A DNA stretch of 63,654 bases, filler included, from Lenisia limosa (Eukaryota; Protista; Breviatea), in the NCBI GenBank assembly GCA_001655205.1. It is 9 parts of 9 records of this genome, joined end to end, with 100 filler letters (N's around TTAATTAATTAA, not from the genome) between each part and the next. Parts side by side here need not be neighbours in the genome. Positions count along the whole stretch, not along the records: positions 8,526 to 14,801 come from LPNZ01003794.1; positions 14,902 to 22,588 come from LPNZ01009681.1; positions 22,689 to 24,354 come from LPNZ01006334.1; 6 more parts are not named here. One strand, written 5' to 3'. Under the pieces are notes generated by a model. That model did not search any database. It was not told the DNA's origin and saw only the letters and a program-made list of their open reading frames with translations. Positions 11,540 through 22,689 of the stretch are shown in pieces (the first letter of the stretch is position 1; each line of letters starts with the position of its first letter). The translations under genes were made by a program, and so were the position numbers.

Positions 11540-12815
11540 TACATGCAGCGTGATTGCTCTTGTAGACCAATACATCAACGTCGTAGGGGCTTCCATCTCT
11601 GCCACCCCGACCACCAGCCTGAACGAAATAAAGAAAACCATGTAATATGAAAAAGACTCACATTCAATTCACCAAATTTTTTTGTGAAAACTCCCACCTG
11701 GATGAAGGCATGAACTGGGCTACTAGGGAATACCATCACTGTTACCTTCTTAATGAAGGAAAAGTTCACTCCCTGTTGGGATAGGAGGTTAAACAGTTCA
11801 GGTTAAGAATGTCATTTTTTTCAACATTCACAATATCAAAACACAATCTCCCCCCCCCCCCACATGAGTGAACNNNNNNNNNNNNNNNNNNNNNNNNNNN
11901 NNNNNNNNNNNNNNNNNNNNNNNNNNNNNNNNNNNNNNNNNNNNAGATCACGAAGGTCTTCAAGAACTTTGGTCTTTTCCTCCTTCAAATGCTTTCCATA
12001 ACAATATCTGACCTGAAAGGTTTATGGATTCATAACACTAATTGTCCAACCAAAAACAAAGAAAAAACAAATGAATTGGATGTCAGCGTTTCAATTGTAC
12101 TTATTCAAACAGGAAGTCAATTGTTTATGGGAAGCTTGAGGAGAGCTTCCCCGAAATGAGTACAGAAGAATCGATGATATTATAAGATTATATTGTGTTA
12201 CTTTCCACTAATACCTTAGCCTTATCGCTACCAGCTCGCTGGCGAAGCCTTGTCTGACTTGCTGTATGTGGACCATTTTTTGTACAAGGACAAAGAGACA
12301 AGTGCCTCTTTCAAGCGCAAGGTCAATATCATCAAACATATAGTTGATCTCTAGTATTAGAAAACGGGATGACTTAAGTTTAACCAAAAACAAATGAAAA
12401 GTTTAGAGTTAATAGGGTATCCCCTTTCCCTTATAGTTTGACTTATTAAAGGGATTTTGAAGAAGTAAAAATGCAGTTTGCATTCCAAAAATATCAAACT
12501 TTCAAGTTTGAAGTAATTTTTTTTTGAAAAACTATTCTCATTTAGAAAATTTCACACTATTACTAGACAAGGGCAGCCTATACTTCAATCTTCTGTGAGA
12601 TTAACCTTTATATTTATACCTCTAGGTGAGGTATCTCAAGATGTAACTGATGACCACTCATGATTATGTCAAAGAATAGAAAAGTAGGTAGTATTGACAA
12701 CCAAGAACAATATTACCCCTTTTTACCCCCCCCCCCCACTAACCGACAAGGAGAGCACGGAAGTACTTCTCACCCCAGTTAATCAAAGCAGCCGTGAAGA
12801 TAATGCCTAGTTGAA
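11540..12815 (-). CDS. RecQ-like SF2 helicase (partial, C-terminal helicase motifs)
   Basis: Spliced exons read ...INWGEKYFR (cf. RecQ WGHDFR), GTCLFVLVQK, EEKTKVLEDLRD, FTH-GVNFSFIKKVTVMVFPSSPVHAFIQ-AGGRGGRDGSP (cf. AFGMGIDKPDVRFVIHxxxPxSxExYxQESGRAGRDG). No Walker A seen. Confidence 0.6.
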
Positions 12816-13182
12816 GGCAGTGTACTTGAGGATCTGAACATAATGAATTAATTTGGTTGATTCACAATCCAAAATTAATCAAGTGGTAAGCTTACAACAG
12901 AATTAGCTGACTTGATGTTGTTCGTGTTTAGACCATGCACATAAAGAACGGCAACAACAGCGGTATCCCAAAGCTACATCATAAATACAGTTCCTTATAC
13001 GTGATACAAATGCAAATATAAAACAAACCTTTCAAAACTGCCCAAGGAAAGGGGTATCGTTCCTACCCAAATTCCGATTAAAGACCCTAGAAATAAAAAC
13101 AAACGTGGGTTTGCATTAAAATGCAACTTCACAAGGTGGGGTGGAATCCAGGCCGAAAACGACCGTTTCATCCGAAAAGTGT

Positions 13183-13432
13183 TAATGATCCTTCCGCAGG
13201 TTCACCTATGGAAACCTTGTTACGACTTTTGCTTCCTCTATTGGCTAAGATTTGGTGAACTTCTCGCGGCAAGGTCAAGGGCGAACCCTCGTCATCGCTA
13301 CAATCCAATTACCTCACCGGACCAACAATCGGTAGCAGCGACGGGCGATGTGTACAAAGGGCAGGGACATAATCAGCGCAAGCTGATGACTTGCGATTAC
13401 TAGGTATTCTTCGTTAACGATCGAAAATTCCA
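13183..13432 (-). rRNA. 18S rRNA: 18S rRNA 3'-terminal fragment (~250 nt), probably a pseudogene; putative ITS1 follows (about 13020-13182)
   Basis: Minus strand has GTCCCTGCCCTTTGTACACATCGCCCGTCGCT, GAGGAAGCAAAAGTCGTAACAAGGTTTCCATAGGTGAACCTGCGGAAGGATCATTA. No upstream 18S and no 5.8S seen. Confidence 0.95.
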
Positions 13433-13869
13433 AATATAGGAGTCAAAAAGATGTACAGCGGCTCTAACAAACCTCTCGTATTTGACAGCAGAGTTTATTG
13501 ATCAACTAATACAAGCAATGAAAAGGGAACCAATGTTCTCAAACCGCAACCAGGTTAACTAGATATAGTATATACTATTAAGGGGATTTTTTGGTTCACA
13601 TGAATTGAGGTTAACTGTTTCTGAAATTGATAATGTTTAGTCGGTTTAAACTTGTAGTGTATTCAGCATGATATCCCACTGTTGCATCGCTCGATTTATT
13701 TTAGGTGAAAAATCCGAGCCAGATTACATAGATTTTGGCTGCTTTCGAGGAGGCCCTTTCTTTTGGAGCTGCGGACCTCCTCCTTTTTAACAATTGACGA
13801 CGAAATGCCCAAGTGGAAGAAGGTTAGAATAAAAGAGCTAACATAGCTGTATTTGACATTGCTCATAGA

Positions 13870-14775
13870 GTCAAGTTGAAGGTGCCGAAGACAATGAAGC
13901 AAGAGCTATGTCTTCGGCATGGCTCCCGGAGTTTTGATAAGGCCATCGTTAAAGCTGTTGCATCGGTTTACAAAACGGATATGGTAGGTCTGAGGTTCTT
14001 ATTTACTTGTATTTTCACTATTTCAAGCTCTTTTTTTTTATCATTTTTTTTTTTCTTGATAGTGTTTAGAAACGCATACCAGCGCATGTACAAGCGCAAC
14101 AACTGCAAGGAGAAGATGTGCGATCCAGCCTTCAGTGGTTTCAAGGTGGGCTTGTGGCACCATGTAGAATGGTTTACTATTGAAGGTCAACTTGACAAGA
14201 ATGTCAAGACTGCCCAGGTGGCTGCTTTCAAAGTATGACCAATGTTTGTATCACTACGCTTTGATAACTTCTCGTATGCTTTTTACAAAATATCATTTTT
14301 TTATATTATAGCCATGGACGGCCATTGAAAAGGTCTGGTTTGCCAACGTACGGGATACCAACTTCAATGAATTGCTTAAGTTGGTTCAGTCCTTTTTTTT
14401 GATTTTGGAAAAAATAATAAAAACCCATCTGACCATCACTGCCCTCCCACACTTACAAAAACCGTCATCGCTATCACCAATACTATTAGTGAACCTTCAA
14501 GCAGCCTCCACTGACAAAGTCAAAAACCTCTTCTTCTTGTTACACAGTCACCTTGGAACATGTACTCTGTATTTTTTTACAGGATTAGCCCAAACCTAGA
14601 TTGGCTCTTTGTCACCTCCCAAAAGACAACCTACCTACATCTTCCCCTTGATGCATCTTCGGTAGTCGCTCAGAACGACAACCTCACCCTGAAGACACGG
14701 AGGTCAAAGAGGCAAGTGTCTACCTCAGTGCCTACACCTCGCGACCCGAACAAGGTCATGAAGGAAATTGTTGGT
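13870..14775 (+). CDS. Hypothetical multi-exon gene (truncated by linker)
   Basis: GT-AG exons RVKLKVPKTMKQELCLRHGSRSFDKAIVKAVASVYKTDM, PWTAIEKVWFANVRDTNFNE, ISPNLDWLFVTSQKTTYLHLPLDASSVV. Confidence 0.35.
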
Positions 14776-15109
14776 TCGTTATTTTTTTTTGTTTGTTTCT
14801 TNNNNNNNNNNNNNNNNNNNNNNNNNNNNNNNNNNNNNNNNNNNNTTAATTAATTAANNNNNNNNNNNNNNNNNNNNNNNNNNNNNNNNNNNNNNNNNNN
14901 NAATTCACCCAATCATTTGCCTTACAACTCTGTGCACACAGCTTTCTGCGTGCCTCCCCAGTACAGTATAGCCCTGCGGAGGGTAGGCGAAAGGTTGCCA
15001 GACGGCTAGTAATGAAGGTTTGTAAAGCGGTATTAAATAGCTTTTTCTAAAAAATAAATAGCATTGGCAAAACTGAAAACCCGTTCCTTTTTAGAGTTAA
15101 TAAGTGTAG

Positions 15110-16279
15110 GGGTCGCCTCGTTGCCCCCAATCTTCTCGTATCCGGAACCACAGTCCACTACCCCGTTTGCCACCACCAATACCCTTTCCCCTTTCAACCT
15201 CTTTCCATTCCAGTATCCCTACCATCGTCCATGTTCACACACAGTCGCACCATCCTTCCCATCCTATGTACTCCCATTCCCATTGCCGTAGCTGCGGATG
15301 GTGCCCGTCTTTCTGGCGGACCAGGAACTCTTTATTTACTAAAAGAAATTGAGATAACATGCCGGGAATTGAAGACGGAAGAGTTCATCAGTGACAACTC
15401 CGACGCTGGAGACAATGCACCATACTACACCGCTCCTATCCATCCTTTGACGGAATTGACCTCACTCAGCTTAACGATGAGATCTCCATGGAGCTCACAA
15501 TCACGAGTAGGCTAACGAGATTAGAAGTAATGTTATCAGGCCTCTGCCTGACTATCCCTACACTATTGCCACCATCGTCACCCGGTACACCGCCGATGAT
15601 ATGATCGGGTTTCCGTCTGAGCCTCAGGCCCAAGTGTTTCTCCGCCAGAACCGAGTCCAAGGAACAGTCCAGGCGCTCGAGTGCTATAATCTCCTGTTAG
15701 AGATCGCGCCATTCCTGAGATCATGCCAATGATCCCTAAAGCTATCATTGACGTTTTCCCCAACTGCGAACTCTTCGTGAAGCACGCCAGGCGTTTGGCC
15801 AAATCAATGACAAGATCAATCGCAGAGTCCGCAGTTCAGACTCTAATTGACCTCCAAGGTTGGAACTAATCTACATTTGTATGGTAGGACACCCATAGGG
15901 ATGGTGCCATTGCCCAGGACCCGGCCTTTATTCACGACTTCCCCGCGTACCACTCCGCCCTCTTCGACATCAATTTTGGTTTTGAGACTCAGCCGCTTCC
16001 TCTTGTTTCCCTTCCAGATGAAGGATGGGGCTCTCCGGGCAGAACTTTAAAGCAGTCATATGAAGCCATTAATATCCTGGTCATATGTTGTTTTTTTTAG
16101 GTGGCTGTTTCTTGAACGCACATTTAAGGTTACAAGCTAAAAACCCAGACCGGCTACATACGCTCCGCTCCATCTCAAGTGCCTTCTCCTTCAACTTCGA
16201 TGAGATTGGCATAGGACGTGAGAACCCCGGCCTCAAGCAGCTTAGCCGCTACGCCAATGGGGTATCTTTCACGTTTTAA
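15110..16279 (+). pseudogene. Coding-like region with repeated frame switches (pseudogene or gene with tiny introns)
   Basis: Consecutive protein-like segments in different frames: ELKTEEFISDNSDAGDNAPYYTAPIHP / FDGIDLTQLNDEISMELT / SNVIRPLPDYPYTIATIVTRYTADDMIGF / DRAIPEIMPMIPKAIIDVFPNCELF / DGAIAQDPAFIHDFPAYHSALFD. Confidence 0.4.
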
Positions 16280-16629
16280 TATAAGGCCTCTGTTACAAAA
16301 TTAATTTTGCAATTAGTTTTTTCTTTTGTTTTCCTCTCTGAAAATCATTTCAAACAATTAATTTATTTGCAATTAATTTCTTGGAAATATTAATTGCGTG
16401 GGAGTCCTAATTATTATGATCAACAACTCCCAACATTCCCAACATCCATCACGTCATCTCACTTAGCTGTACCAAGATCGCTATCTAGCCGCATAGTACT
16501 ATCTTTCTTCATAGTCACTTCTTTGACGCATGGTTGAAACGCAATTTCAGAGTTTTCATAATTCCATAATCTCAAGCAATACTCATTTCGCTTTTTTGAA
16601 CCATAGCGAAGCCCTAATAATAACAAACA

Positions 16630-19600
16630 CCAAGCAATTGCTGAACCCACCATGGGCCTCGAAGCAGGTTCCTCCAATTGAGAGCCATGTCAGATCATAT
16701 AATAAGCCAATCAGCAATATGGATGAAAATACCATGTTGTCATCCTTGTTCCTTCAACCTTCGGATGCATAGAATTTCAGTTCAATTCATTGATATTTTA
16801 GAGGAGATATTGGGCTTTAGAGGAGCAAAATCACAAAAAAAATAAAAAAAAAAATAAAAAAATAGCAAAAGACCTTCCAAAAAAGTCAAGGCTGGTCCAC
16901 AGTCTCATACCACTTCATGGTTATCGAGCCTNNNNNNNNNNNNNNNNNNNNNNNNNNNNNNNNNNNNNNNNNNNNNNNNNNNNNNNNNNNNNNNNNCGTC
17001 CACAGAGCTGGGCATTTAGGGAAGCAGTATGTGTTGTTTTGTATCCTTATATTGTATTTAGATAATAATAATGATATGACATGATACGTTCTTGCTTTCT
17101 AAAAAGGGACAGTAATAGTATGTGGAGTGTGGCAGTAATAGGGCTGACCAGTAATGGGTCGGGCAGTCATATCAACGATTGCAAGACATTTTTTTCTCTA
17201 GCAAATGATGGGTGATACGAATTCTCTGAAAACTCCAGAACCCAGCCAACTTTGGGGTTTGGAGCCCTTNNNNNNNNNNNNNNNNNNNNNNNNNNNNNNN
17301 NNNNNNNNNNNNNNNNNNNNNNNNNNNNNNNNNNNNNNNNNNNNNNNNNNNNNNNNNNNNNNNNNNNNNNNNNNNNNNNNNNNNNNNNNNNNNNNNNNNN
17401 NNNNNNNNNNNNNNNNNNNNNNNNNNNNNNNNNNNNNNNNNNNNNNNNNNNNNNNNNNNNNNNNNNNNNNNNNNNNNNNNNNNNNNNNNNNGAAATAAGA
17501 AATAAGAAATAAAGAGTTCATTGAGAGACGGAACAGACTAAGTCATGAGAAAATCCCACTTTTTCTCATGTTGTACCCTGGTGCTACGGATTCTCCGATA
17601 AAGGCGACTGGAGGAACTACAGCATATTCCCTATTGGGGGATGAGAAAATGGATATGAAACAGTAAAACAAAAGGGAGGGGGGGGGGNNNNNNNNNNNNN
17701 NNNNNNNNNNNNNNNNNNNNNNNNNNNNNNNNNNNNNNNNNNNNNNNNNNNNNNNNNNNNNNNNNNNNNNNNNNNCCATGATAGTTCCCAATCGGAAGAG
17801 CACGCTTCTTACCAACGCCACTGAAAAGTCAGTAACAATTACATTGATAGGTCAGTAGCAATTACATATCGATATGGTAATTTGGGGTTTTTTTAGATTC
17901 CATTTTATGAATTATTTTCCATACAAAAAAAATTTCCATACAAAAAATAGCACTTACATTGACGAAATGTCAGTCATATGCAAGTATCATATTATGCCCC
18001 CCCCCCCCNNNNNNNNNNNNNNNNNNNNNNNNNNNNNNNNNNNNNNNNNNNNNNNNNNNNNNNNNNNNNNNNNNNNNNNNNNNNNNNNNNNNNNNNNNNN
18101 NNNNNNNNNNNNNNNNNNNNNNNNNNNNNNNNNNNNNNNNNTATCATTGAATTCTTGTTTGCTTTAAGAGCTGGTAAGAGCTTACGAGGTAGATTTGGCT
18201 CTAAAGTAAAACCTCGTGACTCTTCAGCAGGTTCTAAGCGAGTTAAGCCAAACAGGGTGGATGGTTAAGCCATGTGTGAAGGATGAATAAGCCACGTTTG
18301 AAGGGTGAGTAAGCCACGTGTGAAGGATGAAGTAGTGTGATTGAATGCTCCGATTCTAATATCACCCCAATTTCCTCATCATGACTCCAACCATTATCAT
18401 AACCCCTAATAACTCCAACCATTATCGGATCTCAATTGGTTCATCAGGCTTGTACCAAGCTGACAGAGTTTCAAGATATTGGCCCTGTCAGGATAAGAGA
18501 AAAGCGGATAATAAGGGAATAGGTGGTAATGGGTATGACAGAGGCTATTCAAACACCTAAAAACAAAAGGGAAATAGAAGTGAGGAAACATAACTATGAC
18601 ACCCCCCACTCCTGAGCCAATAAACTGAGTAGAGAGTTAACTCCTAACACGCCAGCTGATATGTAGAGTTCTTCGGCCTTGGCAATGTTTCCTTGGAGAT
18701 AGTGTGAATGCGCCAGTTGCAGCTTTTCAGGTACTTTAGACTGGGGAATTTCCGAGGACGTGTCCTTGATTTGGGGCAGGAGAATGGTGATTAGCGATAC
18801 CTACAACAATTACTGATAAGGTGAAATATTCAGAAGTTGAACGAATAAATGAAAAAAAAAGCAAAAGCTGACGCAATAAAAAGCCCGATTAAAGAATCAA
18901 AGAATCCCTTTTCCATTAAACTCTTATAGTATTGAAACTTACTTGCTACAATTGTTATTTGATGAGTATATAACAATACAATGTGTCTACATAGCCCCCC
19001 CCCCTCACGGTGTCCCTTAAGCTGATGTCTGTTTCCACCCCGGGCTGGGTTTTTAGCAAACTTGCGTGTTGCGTGAGGCCCTGAAGAATCTCCAAGTAGC
19101 TCAGCCGCCAAGCTAGGGAATGTCATCAGAGGGGGGGTAATCTATTGTACAAATGGATTTTTGGCAATAATATTCAAAATATCTCAAAGAGCTATAAAAT
19201 AATCCAGTCGAACAGAGGGAAGGCAAAGTGTCAGGAGCAATGTTGTTTTGAGATGGGCTGTCATGTTCATCTTCGTCCAGACACGGGGCCATAAGGTTGT
19301 TGGTTCTTGAACGTCAGGATAGAACTTCTTTACGAGAAAAGACAAGTGAATTCAAAGAAATTAACTCATTATTGACGGTTCATTATTCTCCTCATCATGG
19401 TATTGATACGTACTTGGAATAATAGGAACACATTTTTGTCCCGAATAATGGGGCTGCATCCACCCACTTTTGTCGGTCTAGGAGTGCACCGATACAGAAC
19501 TCTGCGTGGCGCAAAACTTGAATGCTCGCAACAAAACTATAAGGGGGGGGGGGGGCAATGNNNNNNNNNNNNNNNNNNNNNNNNNNNNNNNNNNNNNNNN

Positions 19601-22260
19601 NNNNNNNNNNNNNNNNNNNNNNNNNNNNNNNNNNNNNNNNNNNNNNNNNNNNNNNNNNNNNNNNNNNNNNNNNNNNNNNNNNNNNNNNNNNNNNNNNNNN
19701 NNNNNNNNNNNNNNNNNNNNNNNNNNNNNNNNNNNNNNNNNNNNNNNNNNNCCCAACGATTACGTAGATTTTTGTATTCCAAGATTTTATTGTATTCTTT
19801 TTTTCAAATGTATTTATAATTCGGTCCTTTACCGCAAACAAATGCGAGCACACATTCTATACGATGGATCGTCTGTGAAAATCATATTGTGAGGGCTTCA
19901 CTTTGGTTCGAAAAAAGACAAGATGTCTCGTCGATAAATCTTCGAAAATTATCGATACTTCCAGGGTTTTTTTCGAACCGAAGTGAAGCCCTACATATTG
20001 CTCAATAAAAGGATTATGTTTACATTTTCTAACAACTCAAAAATATCATATCTTCCCAGATGTGCATGAACAACATTGCAACAAAAGGGGCTTCCCTACG
20101 GTCAGAAAAAGACCGGTCAAATATTTATTGAGGATTTATCGAAAAAGATCAGTCTTTTTGGGACCGTTGGGAATTCCTAGGCAAAATACCCGCAAACATG
20201 AGTCGACGGATTCCATCGGCAATCGAAAGGGACGAACTTGCTTCTGCCTGGATAGTGAAATCTGCTCGTACGTATGTGGTAATAGGTGCATATGGTAAAA
20301 GGATGAAGAAAGGACAGAAATCATGTCAAAAAGGGTGTTGACTTGTCAAGCCCCCCACCATAAATCCCTTGACCAGTGCCCGAGCTGCGAAGAGCATACG
20401 GTCATGTCGCGAACTTGGTGGAGCTGATGGAGGCCTGTGGGGTCACGAATGATATGATACATGAAGACGAAAGGGGGAAAGGGTACAGTCTAAACATTCA
20501 CCAAACAATTTCATATCACGATTTTGAAGGGAGTATATATCAGTAGCAAATGCTATGGGTGACAAATAAAGCAATACTACTGTTGTTCATTTTGTACCAT
20601 AGTGGTGGTTGACTTCCTAATATTCAATTTGTCTCACTTGACGAACGCCTTCCATTATTCTGTTGTTTTGAAATACGACCATCTTTTCCACTTGTAATCG
20701 TTATATTTATTATAATGAGTCCTGAGATCTGGCCTCCTTCATCACGGTACAATACTGATAGTTTTCGAGGAATTGTCGAGATATTCAGTCTTTTTGGAAC
20801 AAAGTGAAACCCCCATCACCCACAGGCTGACTGCTGATTCAAAACAATGCAGTGCGTCAGCAAAGGTCTCAAGTTTGGGGGGCTGGGGAGGGGGAGGGAT
20901 GAATGGAAGCTGATGATATTTTTTATATTATACATAATATTAAATAAGATACAAAAATGCACAAACAATATTTACTCCAAACCAGATTCATAACATAATC
21001 TTAAACAAGCCCCAAATCCATGAATTTTGTTCAAAAGTAGTCAAAAGCGCTACCCAAATCCATGGAAAAATCCTTACACTCCTCCGAGGTTTTATTCTGG
21101 TTTAGCGGCCTTGTGTATACATGTACAATAGAAAACTATCATCTCTATCGATTGGGTGACGAGGTGATGGCAAATTGGTCTTGTGAAAAATAATTCCCCC
21201 ACCATTGTGGTGACTCTCACCGCCGCAACGGCTTGTCCGTCGCCTATCAAAAAGGCGTCTGAAGCGGGATGTGATGTCACCGTCACCCTCTTTCGGTACC
21301 TAAAGAATCGGTAAAATTGAAAGAAATGATATGCTTCACAATGACTATATTTCAGTTCAATCCCTCCCCATCATCATTGAAAACCCCAACATACTTGCCA
21401 GTTTCTCTACCCGGCAAAGCGCGATCATGGATCTGGATAAACGTGGAGTCGGGTCCGTTGGGGTCTGTGCAAGGCCTTGCTGACGTCATCACTGATACAC
21501 CTGGAGAACCTGGGGGAGGGGTGAATCATAGAACATTGGATAAGACCGGCCCGGCCCCACCACATCCCATTAAAAAGAAGAAAAATGATCTTCTCTACTC
21601 CCTCGCTGCCCTATTAGTCAACCTTGGTACATACAATGCCTGTAAATGTCCAGATCTTTTTCACCGATACTGTCAACGGTTTCGGCCAGATACAGTGACC
21701 GAGAAAAGTCTTGACCGAGTTGCTATGTGATTTCCCAAGGTCGGTCAAGACTTATCCACCACCTCGTGTATTTTCCCACTTCTACCAAATATATTCTTGT
21801 GGATTGTATCATTTTTATCATATTCACTTGTGGTTAGATCATTTTTTTATCAGATCACTATTAAACCGACGACACAGGGGTATGCGAAGCCAGCCTCACC
21901 CAGTCGGCCACAGAAAACGACTTCGGCCCTCGATGTTGTGAGTGCCAACGTCGAGCCGTCGGCTGTCCACGCCGCATCCGTAAACTGTGGCGTCTGGGAC
22001 CCTGAAGTATACTCCATATCCCTGGAAGGGGAGTAAAATTAGACAATTTATGAAACAAAAAAAAAACAAAAAAAAAAGCCCAAAATCGTAATATCTGGTT
22101 AAACTCGTCATTTTATACCCCCCCCCCCCACAAATAATGGCAGTANNNNNNNNNNNNNNNNNNNNNNNNNNNNNNNNNNNNNNNNNNNNNNNNNNNNNNN
22201 NNNNNNNNNNNNNNNNNNNNNNNNNNNNNGGCCTTGTCCGGGACGCAGGAACATCTTGGG
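16630..22260 (-). CDS. Multi-exon WD40 + TPR/alpha-solenoid protein (may be more than one gene)
   Basis: WD40-like exon QFTDAAWTADGSTLALTTSRAEVVFC (about 21890-22020); TPR-like exons LETFADALHCFESAVSLW, CIGALLDRQKWVDAAPLF, LQLAHSHYLQGNIAKAEELYISA. Interrupted by several gaps. Confidence 0.45.
18266..18331 (+). repeat. 22-bp tandem repeat x3
   Basis: TAAGCCAYGTKTGAAGGRTGAR units. Confidence 0.85.
19892..19992 (+). mobile_element. MITE family A, best-preserved copy (101 bp, 25-bp TIR)
   Basis: AGGGCTTCACTTTGGTTCGAAAAAA ... TTTTTTCGAACCGAAGTGAAGCCCT (1 mismatch); non-coding interior. Confidence 0.85.
20094..20171 (+). mobile_element. MITE family B (~78 bp, 20-bp TIR)
   Basis: CCCTACGGTCAGAAAAAGAC ... 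GTCTTTTTGGGACCGTTGGG; interior shared with family A. Confidence 0.75.
20745..20813 (+). mobile_element. MITE family A, partial
   Basis: GATAGTTTTCGAGGAATTGTCGAGATATTCAGTCTTTTTGGAACAAAGTGAAACCC. Confidence 0.6.
21693..21758 (+). mobile_element. MITE family C copy
   Basis: TA|CAGTGACCGAGAAAAGTCTTGACCGA...TCGGTCAAGACTTATCC. Confidence 0.7.
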
Positions 22261-22361
22261 AAAGAGTTATTTTGAAAGCAAAAAAAATACAATAACAATA
22301 AATAATATAAAAAATAATAATTAAAAAAATAACAAAAAAATAATAATAAAATAAATAACAA

Positions 22362-22460
22362 AGACTTCACTTCGGTTCGAAAAAGACCGGTAAAACATCG
22401 ATAGTTTTTGAGAATTTACCAAAAAAATTCAGTCTTTGTTTCGAACCAAAGTGAAGCCCT
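22362..22460 (+). mobile_element. MITE family A, full-length copy
   Basis: AGACTTCACTTCGGTTCGAAAAAGACCGG...GTCTTTGTTTCGAACCAAAGTGAAGCCCT. Confidence 0.8.
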
Positions 22461-22689
22461 AAAAAAAACAATAACACAACCTAGGGATACAAAATAATAC
22501 ATAGGGATACAAACAACAAAATTACACCATATAACTGTTTATCACCGCGCTTCTCTGATATCACCCCAGGAAATGGGATAGTGTGTGTNNNNNNNNNNNN
22601 NNNNNNNNNNNNNNNNNNNNNNNNNNNNNNNNTTAATTAATTAANNNNNNNNNNNNNNNNNNNNNNNNNNNNNNNNNNNNNNNNNNNNT

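Noticed and set aside
15830-15875. Alpha-kinase-like LIDLQG motif
   Set aside because: No other alpha-kinase motifs (TDPQIH, GNLG) are nearby.
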